Source: Candidatus Sulfomarinibacteraceae bacterium (GTDB taxonomy: Bacteria > Acidobacteriota > Thermoanaerobaculia > Thermoanaerobaculales > Sulfomarinibacteraceae). Taken from it: a DNA stretch of 64,000 bases. The stretch lies in contig CAWCLO010000001.1 of assembly GCA_963796455.1 (NCBI GenBank), positions 64,001-128,000 of the forward strand. Direction: 5' to 3'. Below the pieces are notes generated by a model, which was not told where the DNA came from, searched no databases, and was given only the letters and a program-made list of their open reading frames with translations. This document shows, in pieces, positions 31,800 through 41,594 of the stretch. The position numbers and the translations under genes are program-made. Numbering within the stretch: position 1 is the stretch's first letter; each line of letters opens with the position of its first letter.

Positions 31800-32070
31800 C
31801 GCGGCGGATCTCAAAACCGGCCGAGAGATCGGCGCAGGCGAGCTCGGTGGCGTGGACCGAATCGACCCTTGACCCGCGAGGTCCTTCGCCCAGGTGCCGT
31901 CGGATCTGTTCGTGCTGGTTTTCGGTTGCACGAACCAGCGCTTCGACCGACCCGTCAGTCCGGTTGCGAACCCAGCCGTTGAGCCCGAGGATCTCGGCAT
32001 GCTGCCACACGAAATAGCGGAAGCCCACACCCTGAACCCGACCGGTGACGACGTAGCAGTTGGTTTTCAT
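31789..32070 (-). CDS. acyP: Acylphosphatase
   Basis: VTGRVQGVGFR, GWVRNRTDGSVE. Confidence 0.93.
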   Translation of the reverse strand: MKTNCYVVTGRVQGVGFRYFVWQHAEILGLNGWVRNRTDGSVEALVRATENQHEQIRRHLGEGPRGSRVDSVHATELACADLSAGFEIRRDGG

Positions 32071-32101
32071 GATCCACCAAACACAACAACCGCCAACGGC
32101 C

Positions 32102-32731
32102 TCAGGATTCCGGTTCGGCCTCCGTTTTTCTGCCGGCACGACGGCCGTAATGCTGAATCAGCCAGAACCCACCGACGAGAAGCACCACAAACCCAACCGA
32201 GAGCCAGTTGAACCACTCGAAAATAAAATCTTTGATGGGCTCGCCAAACAGATAGAGCAGCACCCCGATGACCATGAATCGAAGAGATCTGGAGACCAAC
32301 GATGCGAGGACAAAGATCTTGAAATTGATCTTGAACGCCCCCCCGGAGATCGTGAAGACCTTGTATGGTATCGGTGTCAGACCCGCAATTCCTGTCGCCC
32401 ACGCGTTGTAACGGTCGTAGAGACGCTCGACTGCATGGATCTTGTTTTCGTTGAAGAATCGGTAGAGGATCGGCCGCCCGCCGTAGAGACCGATTCCGTA
32501 ACCGGCAATCCCCCCGAGAACACTGCCGACAGAGCAGATGACGCCATACCAGATGGCGTGTTCGGGCCTCGCCACTCCGAGGGCGATGAGCAGAACATCC
32601 GGTGGGATCGGAAAGAACGAGCTCTCGGCAAATGCCAGCAAAAAGAGCCACAGTCCGGGGTACGGCAGGGCAGCGAGCTGGTCGATGAATTCAAACAGCC
32701 ACTCTTTGATTCCGTGCAGCCACTCTTTCAA
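32102..32731 (-). CDS. YqaA/DedA (VTT-domain) membrane protein
   Basis: LAFAESSFFPIPPDVLL, GLTPIPYKVFTI; TTG start overlapping the pcm stop. Confidence 0.9.
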   Translation of the reverse strand: MKEWLHGIKEWLFEFIDQLAALPYPGLWLFLLAFAESSFFPIPPDVLLIALGVARPEHAIWYGVICSVGSVLGGIAGYGIGLYGGRPILYRFFNENKIHAVERLYDRYNAWATGIAGLTPIPYKVFTISGGAFKINFKIFVLASLVSRSLRFMVIGVLLYLFGEPIKDFIFEWFNWLSVGFVVLLVGGFWLIQHYGRRAGRKTEAEPES

Positions 32732-33387
32732 CCTGAACGATCCTCCCAGCCGTGGCGGCCAATCAGCGGTACGAAACACGCACCCTGCAGTTCGTGCTCG
32801 AAGGTGCGGTCGCCACGGCGCTCGACGATTTTCAAAACCTGGGTATCGCGGGAACCTACGGGAACGACGAGGCGTCCCCCGTCGGCGAGTTGGTCAACCA
32901 GGGGGGCCGGCACTTCCGGCGCACCCGCGGTGACGAGTATGGCGTCATACGGAGCCTGGGCACGCCACCCGAGGGTGCCGTCCATGACCTTGATGCTGAG
33001 ATTCTCCACCCCGAGATGATCGAGAACCGCCTTGGCCTGACGGGCCAGCGAAGCCACACGCTCGACCGAGAAAACGAAGCGAGCCAAACGGGCCAGTACC
33101 GCCGCCTGATAGCCGGAGCCGGTACCGATCTCGAGCACCTTGTCGCCATCCTTGATGCGAGCCGTCTCGGTCATCAAAGCGACGACCCTGGGCTGCGAAA
33201 TGGTCTGGCCCTCGCCGATATTGATCGAGACGTTGTCCGAGTATGCCTGATGGCGGAGTGCCTCGGGAATGAAGAGGTGGCGTGGGATCTCGGCCATCGC
33301 GTCGAGGATACGCCGGTCGGTGATGCCGCCCCTTTGCAACGAATCGACCATTTGCTGCCGGCGATAATCGAAAGCGTCCGTTGCCAT
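32728..33387 (-). CDS. pcm: Protein-L-isoaspartate O-methyltransferase
   Basis: GQTISQP, VLEIGTGSGYQAA, APYDAILVTAGA, FVPLIG. Confidence 0.96.
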   Translation of the reverse strand: MATDAFDYRRQQMVDSLQRGGITDRRILDAMAEIPRHLFIPEALRHQAYSDNVSINIGEGQTISQPRVVALMTETARIKDGDKVLEIGTGSGYQAAVLARLARFVFSVERVASLARQAKAVLDHLGVENLSIKVMDGTLGWRAQAPYDAILVTAGAPEVPAPLVDQLADGGRLVVPVGSRDTQVLKIVERRGDRTFEHELQGACFVPLIGRHGWEDRSG

Positions 33388-33389
33388 AA

Positions 33390-34169
33390 TCAGCCTTCCG
33401 AAGCAACCGAGGAATCCAACCAGGCCGGCTGTCTCTCGCGCAGACGATCAAGATTCTTGTGGTCGGTCATATCGAGTTGCAGTGGGGAGACCGAGATATA
33501 GCCTGAACCGACCTCGTGAAAATCGGTATCCGGTATCGGTTCCCACACGGGTTGGCCGCCACCGATCCAGAAGATCTGGCGGCCGCGGGGATCTTTCTCC
33601 TCGACCACGCCCTCGGTATAGCGCCGGACACCGAGACGCGTCAGTCGCACCCCGAGGGGCGTACCGAGCGGGACATTGACATTGAGCAGGGTGTCCGCCG
33701 GGAGGCCGGTGGCCAGGATCCACCGGCTCAGCTCGCACGCAAACTTGGCCGCCAGATGAAAACTCAGGCCCTCACCCACTCCAAGCGAAATCGCCATCGC
33801 CGGAACCCCGAGTATCACGCCTTCAAATGCCGCTGAAACCGTGCCGGAGTAGTGGACATCGGCCCCCATGTTGAAACCGAAATTGATTCCCGAAACCACG
33901 AGGTCCGGCGGCCGGCCCTTCATCAGTTTTGAAATAGCGATGGCCACGCAGTCGGTGGGCGTGCCATCGACCGCCATTCGGTGTTCCCCCAGACGTTTGA
34001 CCCGTAACGGACGATCCAGGGTCAGGGCATGGGACACCGCCGATTGTTCGCTGTCGGGAGCCACGACCCACACCTCTCCGAGCACATCGAGTGCGTCGGC
34101 GAGGATCTGGATGCCTTCCGAGGTATATCCGTCGTCGTTGGTGACCAGGATTCGGGGACGTTCTGCCAT
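33390..34169 (-). CDS. surE: 5'/3'-nucleotidase SurE
   Basis: ILVTNDDG, GTPTDCV, SGINFGFNMG, YSGTVSAA; surE-pcm synteny. Confidence 0.96.
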   Translation of the reverse strand: MAERPRILVTNDDGYTSEGIQILADALDVLGEVWVVAPDSEQSAVSHALTLDRPLRVKRLGEHRMAVDGTPTDCVAIAISKLMKGRPPDLVVSGINFGFNMGADVHYSGTVSAAFEGVILGVPAMAISLGVGEGLSFHLAAKFACELSRWILATGLPADTLLNVNVPLGTPLGVRLTRLGVRRYTEGVVEEKDPRGRQIFWIGGGQPVWEPIPDTDFHEVGSGYISVSPLQLDMTDHKNLDRLRERQPAWLDSSVASEG

Positions 34170-34194
34170 CGGGGGATTCTAGCGCAGCGCAGGG

Positions 34195-34585
34195 TGGAAA
34201 GGGGGCAGAGGAGAAAAGGAGAAAGGGGGAAAGGGGGAATCCAGATCGATTTCGGATTTGGGATTTCGAATTTCGAATTTTCGGCGTGTCCACTGTTGGC
34301 AGAGGGGCGGAGGGGCGGAGGGGCAGAGGACCCGCTCGGCATCCTCGCTATCGCTATCGCTATCGGAATCGCTGTCGAACGGCTGTTGTGGAAACCCTTC
34401 CCGAATGGAAGTGTCACCGCCCGATGTCATCCTGAGCGGAGCCCCCCAGGGGCGCAGTCGAAGGATCTATGAGATGAATGGAACAACCTCAGTTCGCAGA
34501 TCCTTCGACTTCGCGCCGAAGGCGCTACGCTCAGGATGACATCTTGAACGACAGTTCCGATCCCGTTCCCCTTCCCGTTCCCGAC
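34195..34585. repeat. Mosaic intergenic repeat region, inverted relative of 24600-25095
   Basis: 34231-34285 is the exact reverse complement of 24966-25020 (55 nt); shares octamer, heptamer and MITE modules. Confidence 0.85.
34423..34543. mobile_element. Palindromic MITE-like element, copy 2
   Basis: Same 16-bp TIR GATGTCATCCTGAGCG...CGCTCAGGATGACATC and GTCGAAGGATCT/AGATCCTTCGAC arms; different loop. Confidence 0.7.
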
Positions 34586-34642
34586 AGCACGAGCGAGAAT
34601 CATAGTGATGGACTCATTCAAGCGATTGAAGCTGCCCCTAGA

Positions 34643-34660
34643 TTGTGCGATAATTCACAT
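34643..34660. promoter_or_regulatory. Candidate Rex-like operator upstream of iorA
   Basis: TTGTGCGataaTTCACAT, 11/14 match to TTGTGAA-N4-TTCACAA, ~60 bp before the ATG. Confidence 0.5.
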
Positions 34661-34721
34661 CCGCTTGAGGCGATAGGTAAAGCCTCGCGAATCCACGAAT
34701 TACCCTGCGAAGGGAGCACAT

Positions 34722-36305
34722 ATGAAGCGAGAAATCCTCCTCGGGGATGAAGCGATCGGTCTCGGCGCCATTGACGCCGGGCTCAGCGGCATCTACGGCT
34801 ATCCAGGAACGCCATCTACCGAAATATTTGAATTTGTCGAACGGCGCACCAAAAAGGCCGGCGATATCCACGCCTTCTGGTCGACCAACGAAAAGGTGGC
34901 CTACGAAGAGGCCCTCGGGATGAGCTGGGCAGGCAAACGCGCCCTCGTCTGCATGAAACACGTCGGCCTCAACGTCGCCGCCGATGCATTCATGAACTCA
35001 GCCGTCACTGGAACCAACGGCGGTCTGGTGTTGGCCGTGGCCGACGACCCCGGGATGCACTCTTCGCAGAACGAGCAGGACAGCCGGTTTTTCGCTCAAT
35101 TCGCGCTCATCCCCTGTTTCGAGCCACGCAACCAACAGGAATGTTACGACATGATGTTCGAGGCCTTCGAGCTCTCCGAGGAGCTGTTGTTGCCGGTGAT
35201 GGTCCGCCTGGTAACCCGGATCGCCCACAGCCGTTCCGGGGTCGAAACCCGCGAGCGCCGACTGCAGAATGAGCTCCAACCAACCCGGGAGATCAAAAAA
35301 TGGACCCTGCTCCCAACCAACGCCCGGGTCCAGTACAAACACCTCACTGAAAAACAACCGGAGCTCCTGCGTCGAGCGGAAGACTCGAGCCACAACGAAC
35401 TCGTGCTCAAAGGAAGTTCGGGAATCCTCGTCTGCGGTCTCGGCGACAACTATCTCCGGGAAAACCTCGAGTCGGATCACGAGTATTCGATCCTGAGTGT
35501 GCGCCAATACCCCCTCCCCTCGGGGAAGGTCCGCGAGTTGGTGGACCACGTCGACGATCTCCTGGTGATCGAGGACGGTTATCCCCTGGTCGAAAGCATG
35601 GTCCGCGGGCTCTTCGGCATCCAGGGCGTCGAAATCAAGGGCCGGATGACGGGCGAGCTGCCCCGCACCGGTGAGCTGACGCCGGATGTCGTGCGCACCG
35701 CGCTCGGGCTCGAGCCTCGACCCACGGCCCATGAGCCCGAAACCGAAATTGCCAACCGGCCGCCGGCTCTGTGCAAGGGCTGCCCCCACACCGACTCGTT
35801 CCGAGCCCTCAACGAGGCCCTCAACATTTTCGACAACCCTCAGGTCTTCTCGGACATCGGCTGCTACACCCTGGCCGCCCTGCCGCCGCTCGAAGCGGTT
35901 CACAGCTGCGTTGCAATGGGCGCTTCGATCGGGATGGCTGCCGGCGCGGCTCATGCCGGTTATTCTCCGGCAGTGGCCGCAATCGGCGACAGCACCTTCT
36001 CCCACGGCGGCATCACGCCGCTGTTGTCCGCGGTTCAACAAAACGTCAACCTCAATGTGCTGGTTGTCGACAACAGCACCGTCGGGATGACCGGCACCCA
36101 GCGCTCCATGTCCACGGGTTCGACGCTGGATCAGATCATTCTCGGAACCGGCATCTCGGAGGATCACTTCCGGATCATCGAGCCCACTCCACGAAATCAC
36201 GATCAGAATGTGGAGGTCATGCGCGAAGAGCTCGCCTTCGACGGTCCGAGCGTGATTGTCGCCCGCCGCGCCTGTATCGAAGCGCTCAAGACCAGAGCGA
36301 ACTGA
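34722..36305 (+). CDS. iorA: Indolepyruvate:ferredoxin oxidoreductase alpha subunit (no C-terminal ferredoxin domain)
   Basis: GYPGTPSTE, NEKVAYE, MKHVGLNVAAD, SSQNEQD, RPPALCKGCPH, SDIGCY, GDSTFSHGG...DN TPP motif. Confidence 0.93.
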   Translation: MKREILLGDEAIGLGAIDAGLSGIYGYPGTPSTEIFEFVERRTKKAGDIHAFWSTNEKVAYEEALGMSWAGKRALVCMKHVGLNVAADAFMNSAVTGTNGGLVLAVADDPGMHSSQNEQDSRFFAQFALIPCFEPRNQQECYDMMFEAFELSEELLLPVMVRLVTRIAHSRSGVETRERRLQNELQPTREIKKWTLLPTNARVQYKHLTEKQPELLRRAEDSSHNELVLKGSSGILVCGLGDNYLRENLESDHEYSILSVRQYPLPSGKVRELVDHVDDLLVIEDGYPLVESMVRGLFGIQGVEIKGRMTGELPRTGELTPDVVRTALGLEPRPTAHEPETEIANRPPALCKGCPHTDSFRALNEALNIFDNPQVFSDIGCYTLAALPPLEAVHSCVAMGASIGMAAGAAHAGYSPAVAAIGDSTFSHGGITPLLSAVQQNVNLNVLVVDNSTVGMTGTQRSMSTGSTLDQIILGTGISEDHFRIIEPTPRNHDQNVEVMREELAFDGPSVIVARRACIEALKTRAN

Positions 36306-36317
36306 GGACCAAATACG

Positions 36318-37085
36318 ATGGAAAAGAACATCATCCTCGCCGGTGTCGGTGGCCAGGGCATCCTGTCCATCGCCTTCGTGATCGACAATGCTGCGCTCGA
36401 CGCAGGGTTTCACTTCAAACAAGCCGAGGTTCACGGCATGGCGCAGCGCGGCGGCGCGGTGCAATCGAACCTCCGTTATGGCGACTCGGAGATCTACTCC
36501 GACATCATCCCCAAGGGTAAGGCCGATATCGTGCTTTCGGTGGAACCGCTCGAAGTCATGCGCTACCGCCACTATCTCCGACCGGGTGGTTGGGTGGTGA
36601 CCAGCACCACCCCGTACGTCAATATCCCGGACTATCCGGAAATCGACACCCTGCTGGCGGATCTCGCAGATCTCGACAATATCGTCATGGTCGACACCGC
36701 CCACTTCGCCCGCGCCGCCGGCAACCTCCGGGCGCAGAATATGGTGGCGGTAGGCGCAGCCTCGCCGTTGCTAGATTTCGAAGAGGACCGGCTCCTCGCT
36801 TTTGTCGAAATGCTGTTTGGCCGCAAGGGAGAAAAGATCGTTTTGGTAAATCAACGCGCCTTTCGTTTCGGCCGCGCCGCCGGCCTTTTCTTCCGCGGCC
36901 TTTCCGAGGCCGGGATGAAGCGGCTCGACGCGCTCAAGTTGATTGCAAAACTCGAGCCCGAGTCCATCGACGCGACTCATGCCGGCGTCTGGGCGGAAGC
37001 CCTCGCCGGAGACACGGCCAAACTCGAAGCGGTCATCGCTGAAGAAGAAGCCGTGGCCTGCGACCGGGCCGCAGCCTTCGCGTGA
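36318..37085 (+). CDS. iorB: Indolepyruvate oxidoreductase beta subunit
   Basis: LAGVGGQG, EVHGMAQRGGAV. Confidence 0.92.
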   Translation: MEKNIILAGVGGQGILSIAFVIDNAALDAGFHFKQAEVHGMAQRGGAVQSNLRYGDSEIYSDIIPKGKADIVLSVEPLEVMRYRHYLRPGGWVVTSTTPYVNIPDYPEIDTLLADLADLDNIVMVDTAHFARAAGNLRAQNMVAVGAASPLLDFEEDRLLAFVEMLFGRKGEKIVLVNQRAFRFGRAAGLFFRGLSEAGMKRLDALKLIAKLEPESIDATHAGVWAEALAGDTAKLEAVIAEEEAVACDRAAAFA

Positions 37086-37095
37086 GGGGGAACAG

Positions 37096-39477
37096 ATGTC
37101 CATTGATACCGACCGGATCCAGGAGATCCTGAACGCGGCCCACGCTGAAGGACGGAGCAGTCTGTACGAGCACGAGTGTTACGGGCTGCAGGAGGCCATC
37201 GGCGCCGAAGCCGCCCCGGCCAACCGCCTGATTCTGATGGGACAGCGCCCGACCGCTGCCGACCTCGACCACCTCACAGGCGACAAGGTCGTGCTCAAGA
37301 TCGTGTCGCCGGACATCACCCACAAGACCGAGGCCAAAGGCGTACGCATTGTTGCGCGGGAGATCGGTGCGGTGGAAGCGGCCTTCGACCTGATGATGCG
37401 GGAGGTCCCCGAAACATATGCGGCTTACCTCGAGAACCACGAGGGCGAGGTTCCCGTCGCCTTGGCCGGGCGCCGAGGCCACGGTCTCGAACAGCAGGTC
37501 ACGAATCGAATTGCCGGCATCCTTTTATGTTCGTTCATGCCTCCGGATTCGCAGGGTTTTGCGACCGAGCTCTTTGTCGGCATCCGCAACACCGAGGAGT
37601 TCGGGCCCATCATCTCCGCCGGTCTGGGTGGAGTCGAAATGGAACTTCTGGCCCGGCAGACGAGAAAGGGCGCGGCGGTCGCGATCGCTCCCACGGGCAC
37701 CATCGACGGCGAGCAGTTCTTCAAGCTCTTTCAGAGCACTCTCAGCTACAGCCGATTGTCGGGCGCCATGCGCGGCTCGCGACGGCTGCTCGAGGACGCC
37801 ATCCTGATCGAGTGCTTTCAGGCGTTTATCGACCTCGCAAACCATTTCTCGGCCATGAACCCCGATGCCGCCTTCCACCTCGAAGAACTCGAGGTCAACC
37901 CCTATGCCGCCTCCGGTGGACGCATGGCGCCCCTCGACGGGCTGTGCCGCTTCCGCCCGGCCAGAATCCGCAAGACCTCCAGGACGGTCGACAAGATCGG
38001 CGCCCTGCTCAAACCACAATCAGTGGCTATCATCGGAGTTTCCGCAAACAGCCGCAACATGGGGCGGATCATTCTCGACAACATGCTCGCCGCCGGTTTT
38101 GATCGCAACGGCGTCCAGATCGTCCATCCCACCGCGAGCGAAATCGACGACATACCCTGCGTCGCGAGCGTTGCATCGATGGCTGAGAAAGTCGACCTCT
38201 TCGTGGTGGCCATCGGCGCCGACAGGGTCGCGTCGGTCATCAACGATCTTGTCGAACATGACCGGGCCAACTCGGTCATCCTGATTCCCGGCGGTATCGG
38301 CGAAAAGGAGGGCAGCCAAAATCTCGAGGCCGAGCTCAGAGACCGAATCGGCGCGGCCCATCAGAAGGATGGCGGTGGACCGCTCTTCCTCGGTGGCAAT
38401 TCACTCGGAGTCATCTCCCATCCCGGGAACTACGACACCATGTTCATCCCCGACAGCAAACTGCCGAAATCGAGGCGCAAAAAGGCACGCAAACTGTGCT
38501 TCATCTCCCAGTCGGGCGCCTTCATCATCTCCAATCTGAGCCGCATGCCGTGGCTCGACCCGGCCTATGCCCTCTCGATCGGCAACCAGATCGACCTCAC
38601 GGCCGGCGACCTCTTGTCGTATATCAAAGATGACCCCGAGATCGAGGTTTTTGCGGTCTATATGGAGGGATTCCAACCCTGCGACGGCCACAAATTCGCT
38701 GCCGCGGTCAAGGAGACCGTGGCCCTCGGCAAGGATGTGGTGTTTTACAAAGCCGGACGAACCATGGAGGGTCGCTCGGCGACCGCCGGTCACACCGCAT
38801 CGGTGGCCGGGGACTACGCAGTCTGCGAGAACGCGATCGCCCAGGCCGGGGCATATGTCGCGGCTGATTTCAACGAGTTCTCGGATTTCCTGCGCGTGGC
38901 ACTGCCCCTGCGCGGCAAGAAGGCATCGGGCAACCGGCTGGCCGCGGTTTCCAATGCCGGTTATGAATCGGTGGGAATGGCCGATTCGATCAAGCGGAAC
39001 GGTGCCGAATTGGTGCTCCCGCCTTTCGCGGCGCGGACCGAAGAGGCCCTGGCAAAGATCCTCTCCGACAATCGCCTCGACGGCCTGGTTGACGTGAAGA
39101 ACCCATTCGATGTCACACCGATGGCGGGCGACACCGTTTTCACCGATATGGTCGTCGAAGTCCTCGGGGACCGCCACATCGATGCGGCCGTGGTCGGCAT
39201 CGTGCCGCTGACCCCGGCGATGCAGACCCTCGCCCCGGGGGAAGGCCACCGCGAATCGATCCTCGATCCCGGTTCGGTCGCCCAACTCCTTCCCGGAGCC
39301 ATATCCGCCAGCGACAAACCGGTGGTGACGGTCGTCGATTCGGGGGTGTTATTCGATCCCCTGGTGAGCGCCCTCAGAAGCGGCGGCCTACCGGTATTTC
39401 GATCCGCCGACCGCGCAGTGCGGGCGTTGTGCAAGTGGATCGACGTAAAAGAACGGAACCAGAGGGCCATCTCCTAG
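37096..39477 (+). CDS. ADP-forming acetate/acyl-CoA ligase, fused with the ATP-grasp domain first
   Basis: VVLKIVSPDITHKTE and ELEVNP (ATP-grasp); then LLKPQSVAIIGVS, LGGNSLG, ISQSGA, SIGNQID, GHTAS (phospho-His), SNAG, KNPFD. Confidence 0.88.
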   Translation: MSIDTDRIQEILNAAHAEGRSSLYEHECYGLQEAIGAEAAPANRLILMGQRPTAADLDHLTGDKVVLKIVSPDITHKTEAKGVRIVAREIGAVEAAFDLMMREVPETYAAYLENHEGEVPVALAGRRGHGLEQQVTNRIAGILLCSFMPPDSQGFATELFVGIRNTEEFGPIISAGLGGVEMELLARQTRKGAAVAIAPTGTIDGEQFFKLFQSTLSYSRLSGAMRGSRRLLEDAILIECFQAFIDLANHFSAMNPDAAFHLEELEVNPYAASGGRMAPLDGLCRFRPARIRKTSRTVDKIGALLKPQSVAIIGVSANSRNMGRIILDNMLAAGFDRNGVQIVHPTASEIDDIPCVASVASMAEKVDLFVVAIGADRVASVINDLVEHDRANSVILIPGGIGEKEGSQNLEAELRDRIGAAHQKDGGGPLFLGGNSLGVISHPGNYDTMFIPDSKLPKSRRKKARKLCFISQSGAFIISNLSRMPWLDPAYALSIGNQIDLTAGDLLSYIKDDPEIEVFAVYMEGFQPCDGHKFAAAVKETVALGKDVVFYKAGRTMEGRSATAGHTASVAGDYAVCENAIAQAGAYVAADFNEFSDFLRVALPLRGKKASGNRLAAVSNAGYESVGMADSIKRNGAELVLPPFAARTEEALAKILSDNRLDGLVDVKNPFDVTPMAGDTVFTDMVVEVLGDRHIDAAVVGIVPLTPAMQTLAPGEGHRESILDPGSVAQLLPGAISASDKPVVTVVDSGVLFDPLVSALRSGGLPVFRSADRAVRALCKWIDVKERNQRAIS

Positions 39478-39561
39478 GAGATCAATCTTCCTTCCGAACC
39501 GTGTCCCAATTTCGACGACTGGATTGTGGAACGGGTACTGGATCGGGATCGGAGTAACGTT

Positions 39562-39984
39562 GTGAAGTCTCTGACAAAAAAACTGTTGCTCAACATCACG
39601 GACCGGATGGAGTTCGTCAACATCACGCCAAAGGTGGAAGAAGCCGTCCACGAATCCGGCGTCCGCGAAGGGTTGTGTCTGGTCAATGCAATGCACATCA
39701 CGGCGTCGGTTTTTATCAATGACGATGAACCCGGCCTCCATCGCGACTACAAACGATGGCTCGAAGAGCTCGCCCCCTTCGATCCCTCTCCCGAGCGCTA
39801 CCACCACAACAGGACCGGCGAGGACAACGCCGACGCCCACCACAAACGGCAGATCATGGGTCGTGAGGTCGTCGTCGCCATCACCGATGGTCGACTCGAT
39901 TTCGGCCCCTGGGAGCAGATCTTCTACGGTGAGTTCGACGGACGACGACAGAAGCGGGTGATGATCAAGATCATTGGGGAATGA
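39562..39984 (+). CDS. yjbQ: YjbQ/UPF0047 family protein
   Basis: [35 protein letters not shown]. Confidence 0.9.
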   Translation: MKSLTKKLLLNITDRMEFVNITPKVEEAVHESGVREGLCLVNAMHITASVFINDDEPGLHRDYKRWLEELAPFDPSPERYHHNRTGEDNADAHHKRQIMGREVVVAITDGRLDFGPWEQIFYGEFDGRRQKRVMIKIIGE

Positions 39985-39994
39985 GGAAAGAGAA

Positions 39995-40235
39995 ATTTGG
40001 AATTTCGGATTTCGAATTTCGGATTTCGATTTCGATTTCGGATTTCGGATTTCGGATTTCGGATTTTCGCCGATCCATCGCATGAGAAACCACAGATTAC
40101 GCAGATAAGCGCAGATTAAGAAATGCTCTCGGAATGAATATTCCGATCGCTGATCGCGGTCGCTGTTACTGATCGCTGATCACTGTCGCCGTCGCTGGAC
40201 ACTGACCGCTGATCCCGATTCCCTGGCGCTGACCA
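39995..40235. repeat. (GATTTCG)n array, CGCAGAT triplet and (TCGCTG)n tract between convergent genes
   Basis: About 10 degenerate heptamers, CACAGATTACGCAGATAAGCGCAGATT, and TCGCTGGACACTG shared with element copy 1. Confidence 0.75.
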
Positions 40236-40245
40236 TTGTTCTGCG

Positions 40246-41178
40246 CTATCTGCGGTCTGCAGCGAGAGACAGCGGTGGCTCGCGGCGTCCTTTGTCCCTG
40301 AACACGCCGTACACCCCCCCGACGATGAGCGCCATTCCGGCGACGGTGTAGCCCGTGATCGATTCGCCGAGGATCAACCAGCCGAGCAGGACGGCGATCG
40401 CCGGGTTGACGTAGGCGTAGGTCATGACCACCGCGGTCGGCAGCAACTTGAGGGCGTAGATGAACGAGGTGTAGGCAAAGAGCGACCCGAAGACCACAAG
40501 ATAGGCCCACGCTCCCCACGCCGAGGGAGTCGGGTCAGGCAATGGCTCGCGCACCAGAAGGGCAACCGCCACGAAGCCAATCCCGCCGATGAGCTGCTGC
40601 CAACCAGCCACCACGATCGGATCCAGAGGCAAAGCACCCCGATTGACGACAATTGAACCGAGACCCCAACTGGTGGCGGCAAAGATCACCGCCAGGACAC
40701 CGAACAGATCCGACCGGACTCCGTCCTTCAACATCGGATAGGTCAACACCATCAGACCACCAAAACCCACCACAAGGGAGGTCACGAGCAATACCGACGG
40801 TGGCCGCCGGTCAATCAGGCCCTCCATCGTCGCGACCCAGATCGGCATGCTGCCGACGATCAGCGCCGCCAGACCGGAGTCGATTCGCTGCTCGGCCCAG
40901 TTGACGGCTCCATTGCCTCCTACCCAAAGAAGCAGACCAGTGGCGGCCAGGATCCCGAGTTCGGTCTTCGTCGGGCGAAGCCTGGTCTTGCGCAGGAGAT
41001 TGAAGGCCAAGATCACGGCGGCCGCCAGAACAACTCGGGAGGCGCCGAGCCAGAATGGTCCCCACCCGGCTCCTTCGCGCACCGCGATTCGAATCGCGAG
41101 GTAGGTGCTGCCCCACACGACGTAGGTCACAAAAAGGTGAAAAAGTCCGGCCGCCGGGAGACTTCGAGTGCCGCTCAT
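40246..41178 (-). CDS. EamA/DMT-family transporter
   Basis: YVVWGSTYLAIR, YAYVNPAIAVLLG, about 10 hydrophobic segments. Confidence 0.92.
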   Translation of the reverse strand: MSGTRSLPAAGLFHLFVTYVVWGSTYLAIRIAVREGAGWGPFWLGASRVVLAAAVILAFNLLRKTRLRPTKTELGILAATGLLLWVGGNGAVNWAEQRIDSGLAALIVGSMPIWVATMEGLIDRRPPSVLLVTSLVVGFGGLMVLTYPMLKDGVRSDLFGVLAVIFAATSWGLGSIVVNRGALPLDPIVVAGWQQLIGGIGFVAVALLVREPLPDPTPSAWGAWAYLVVFGSLFAYTSFIYALKLLPTAVVMTYAYVNPAIAVLLGWLILGESITGYTVAGMALIVGGVYGVFRDKGRREPPLSLAADRR

Positions 41179-41573
41179 CGGGGATCCTCGGTCGCAATTC
41201 TGGTGGTCACGAATCCGAGCTGTTCACAACCACGGATCAGAACCACCCCACGGAGCACGCCGAGGGCGTTGAGCGAATCCTCATCCAGGCGCCGGTAGAG
41301 CCAGAATTCGTCACCGGGTTGCCACTGGCCCAACAGGGTGTCCCAGCGCGCCTCCATCGAGTCTTTCGAAAGGTTGGCAGTCAACACCTCGACCCGGGCC
41401 TCGGTCCGGGTCAGCTCGCGCTCCATCCAGGCGGCCGGGATCTCCCATTCGCCAAGGATCTCGTCACTGCAGGCAAAGTTTCTTGTGATAGTTGAGGTCG
41501 AACACGAAGCACAGATGCACAAGGCTGTCAGCACGAGCGCGGTCATCCTCGCAGACGATATGAGTCGAATCAC
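41175..41573 (-). CDS. Hypothetical exported/lipoprotein
   Basis: Hydrophobic N-terminus with ASC; translationally coupled to EamA. Confidence 0.55.
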   Translation of the reverse strand: MIRLISSARMTALVLTALCICASCSTSTITRNFACSDEILGEWEIPAAWMERELTRTEARVEVLTANLSKDSMEARWDTLLGQWQPGDEFWLYRRLDEDSLNALGVLRGVVLIRGCEQLGFVTTRIATEDPR

Positions 41574-41594
41574 GCGAGTCCGTTGCCCCAGCAG

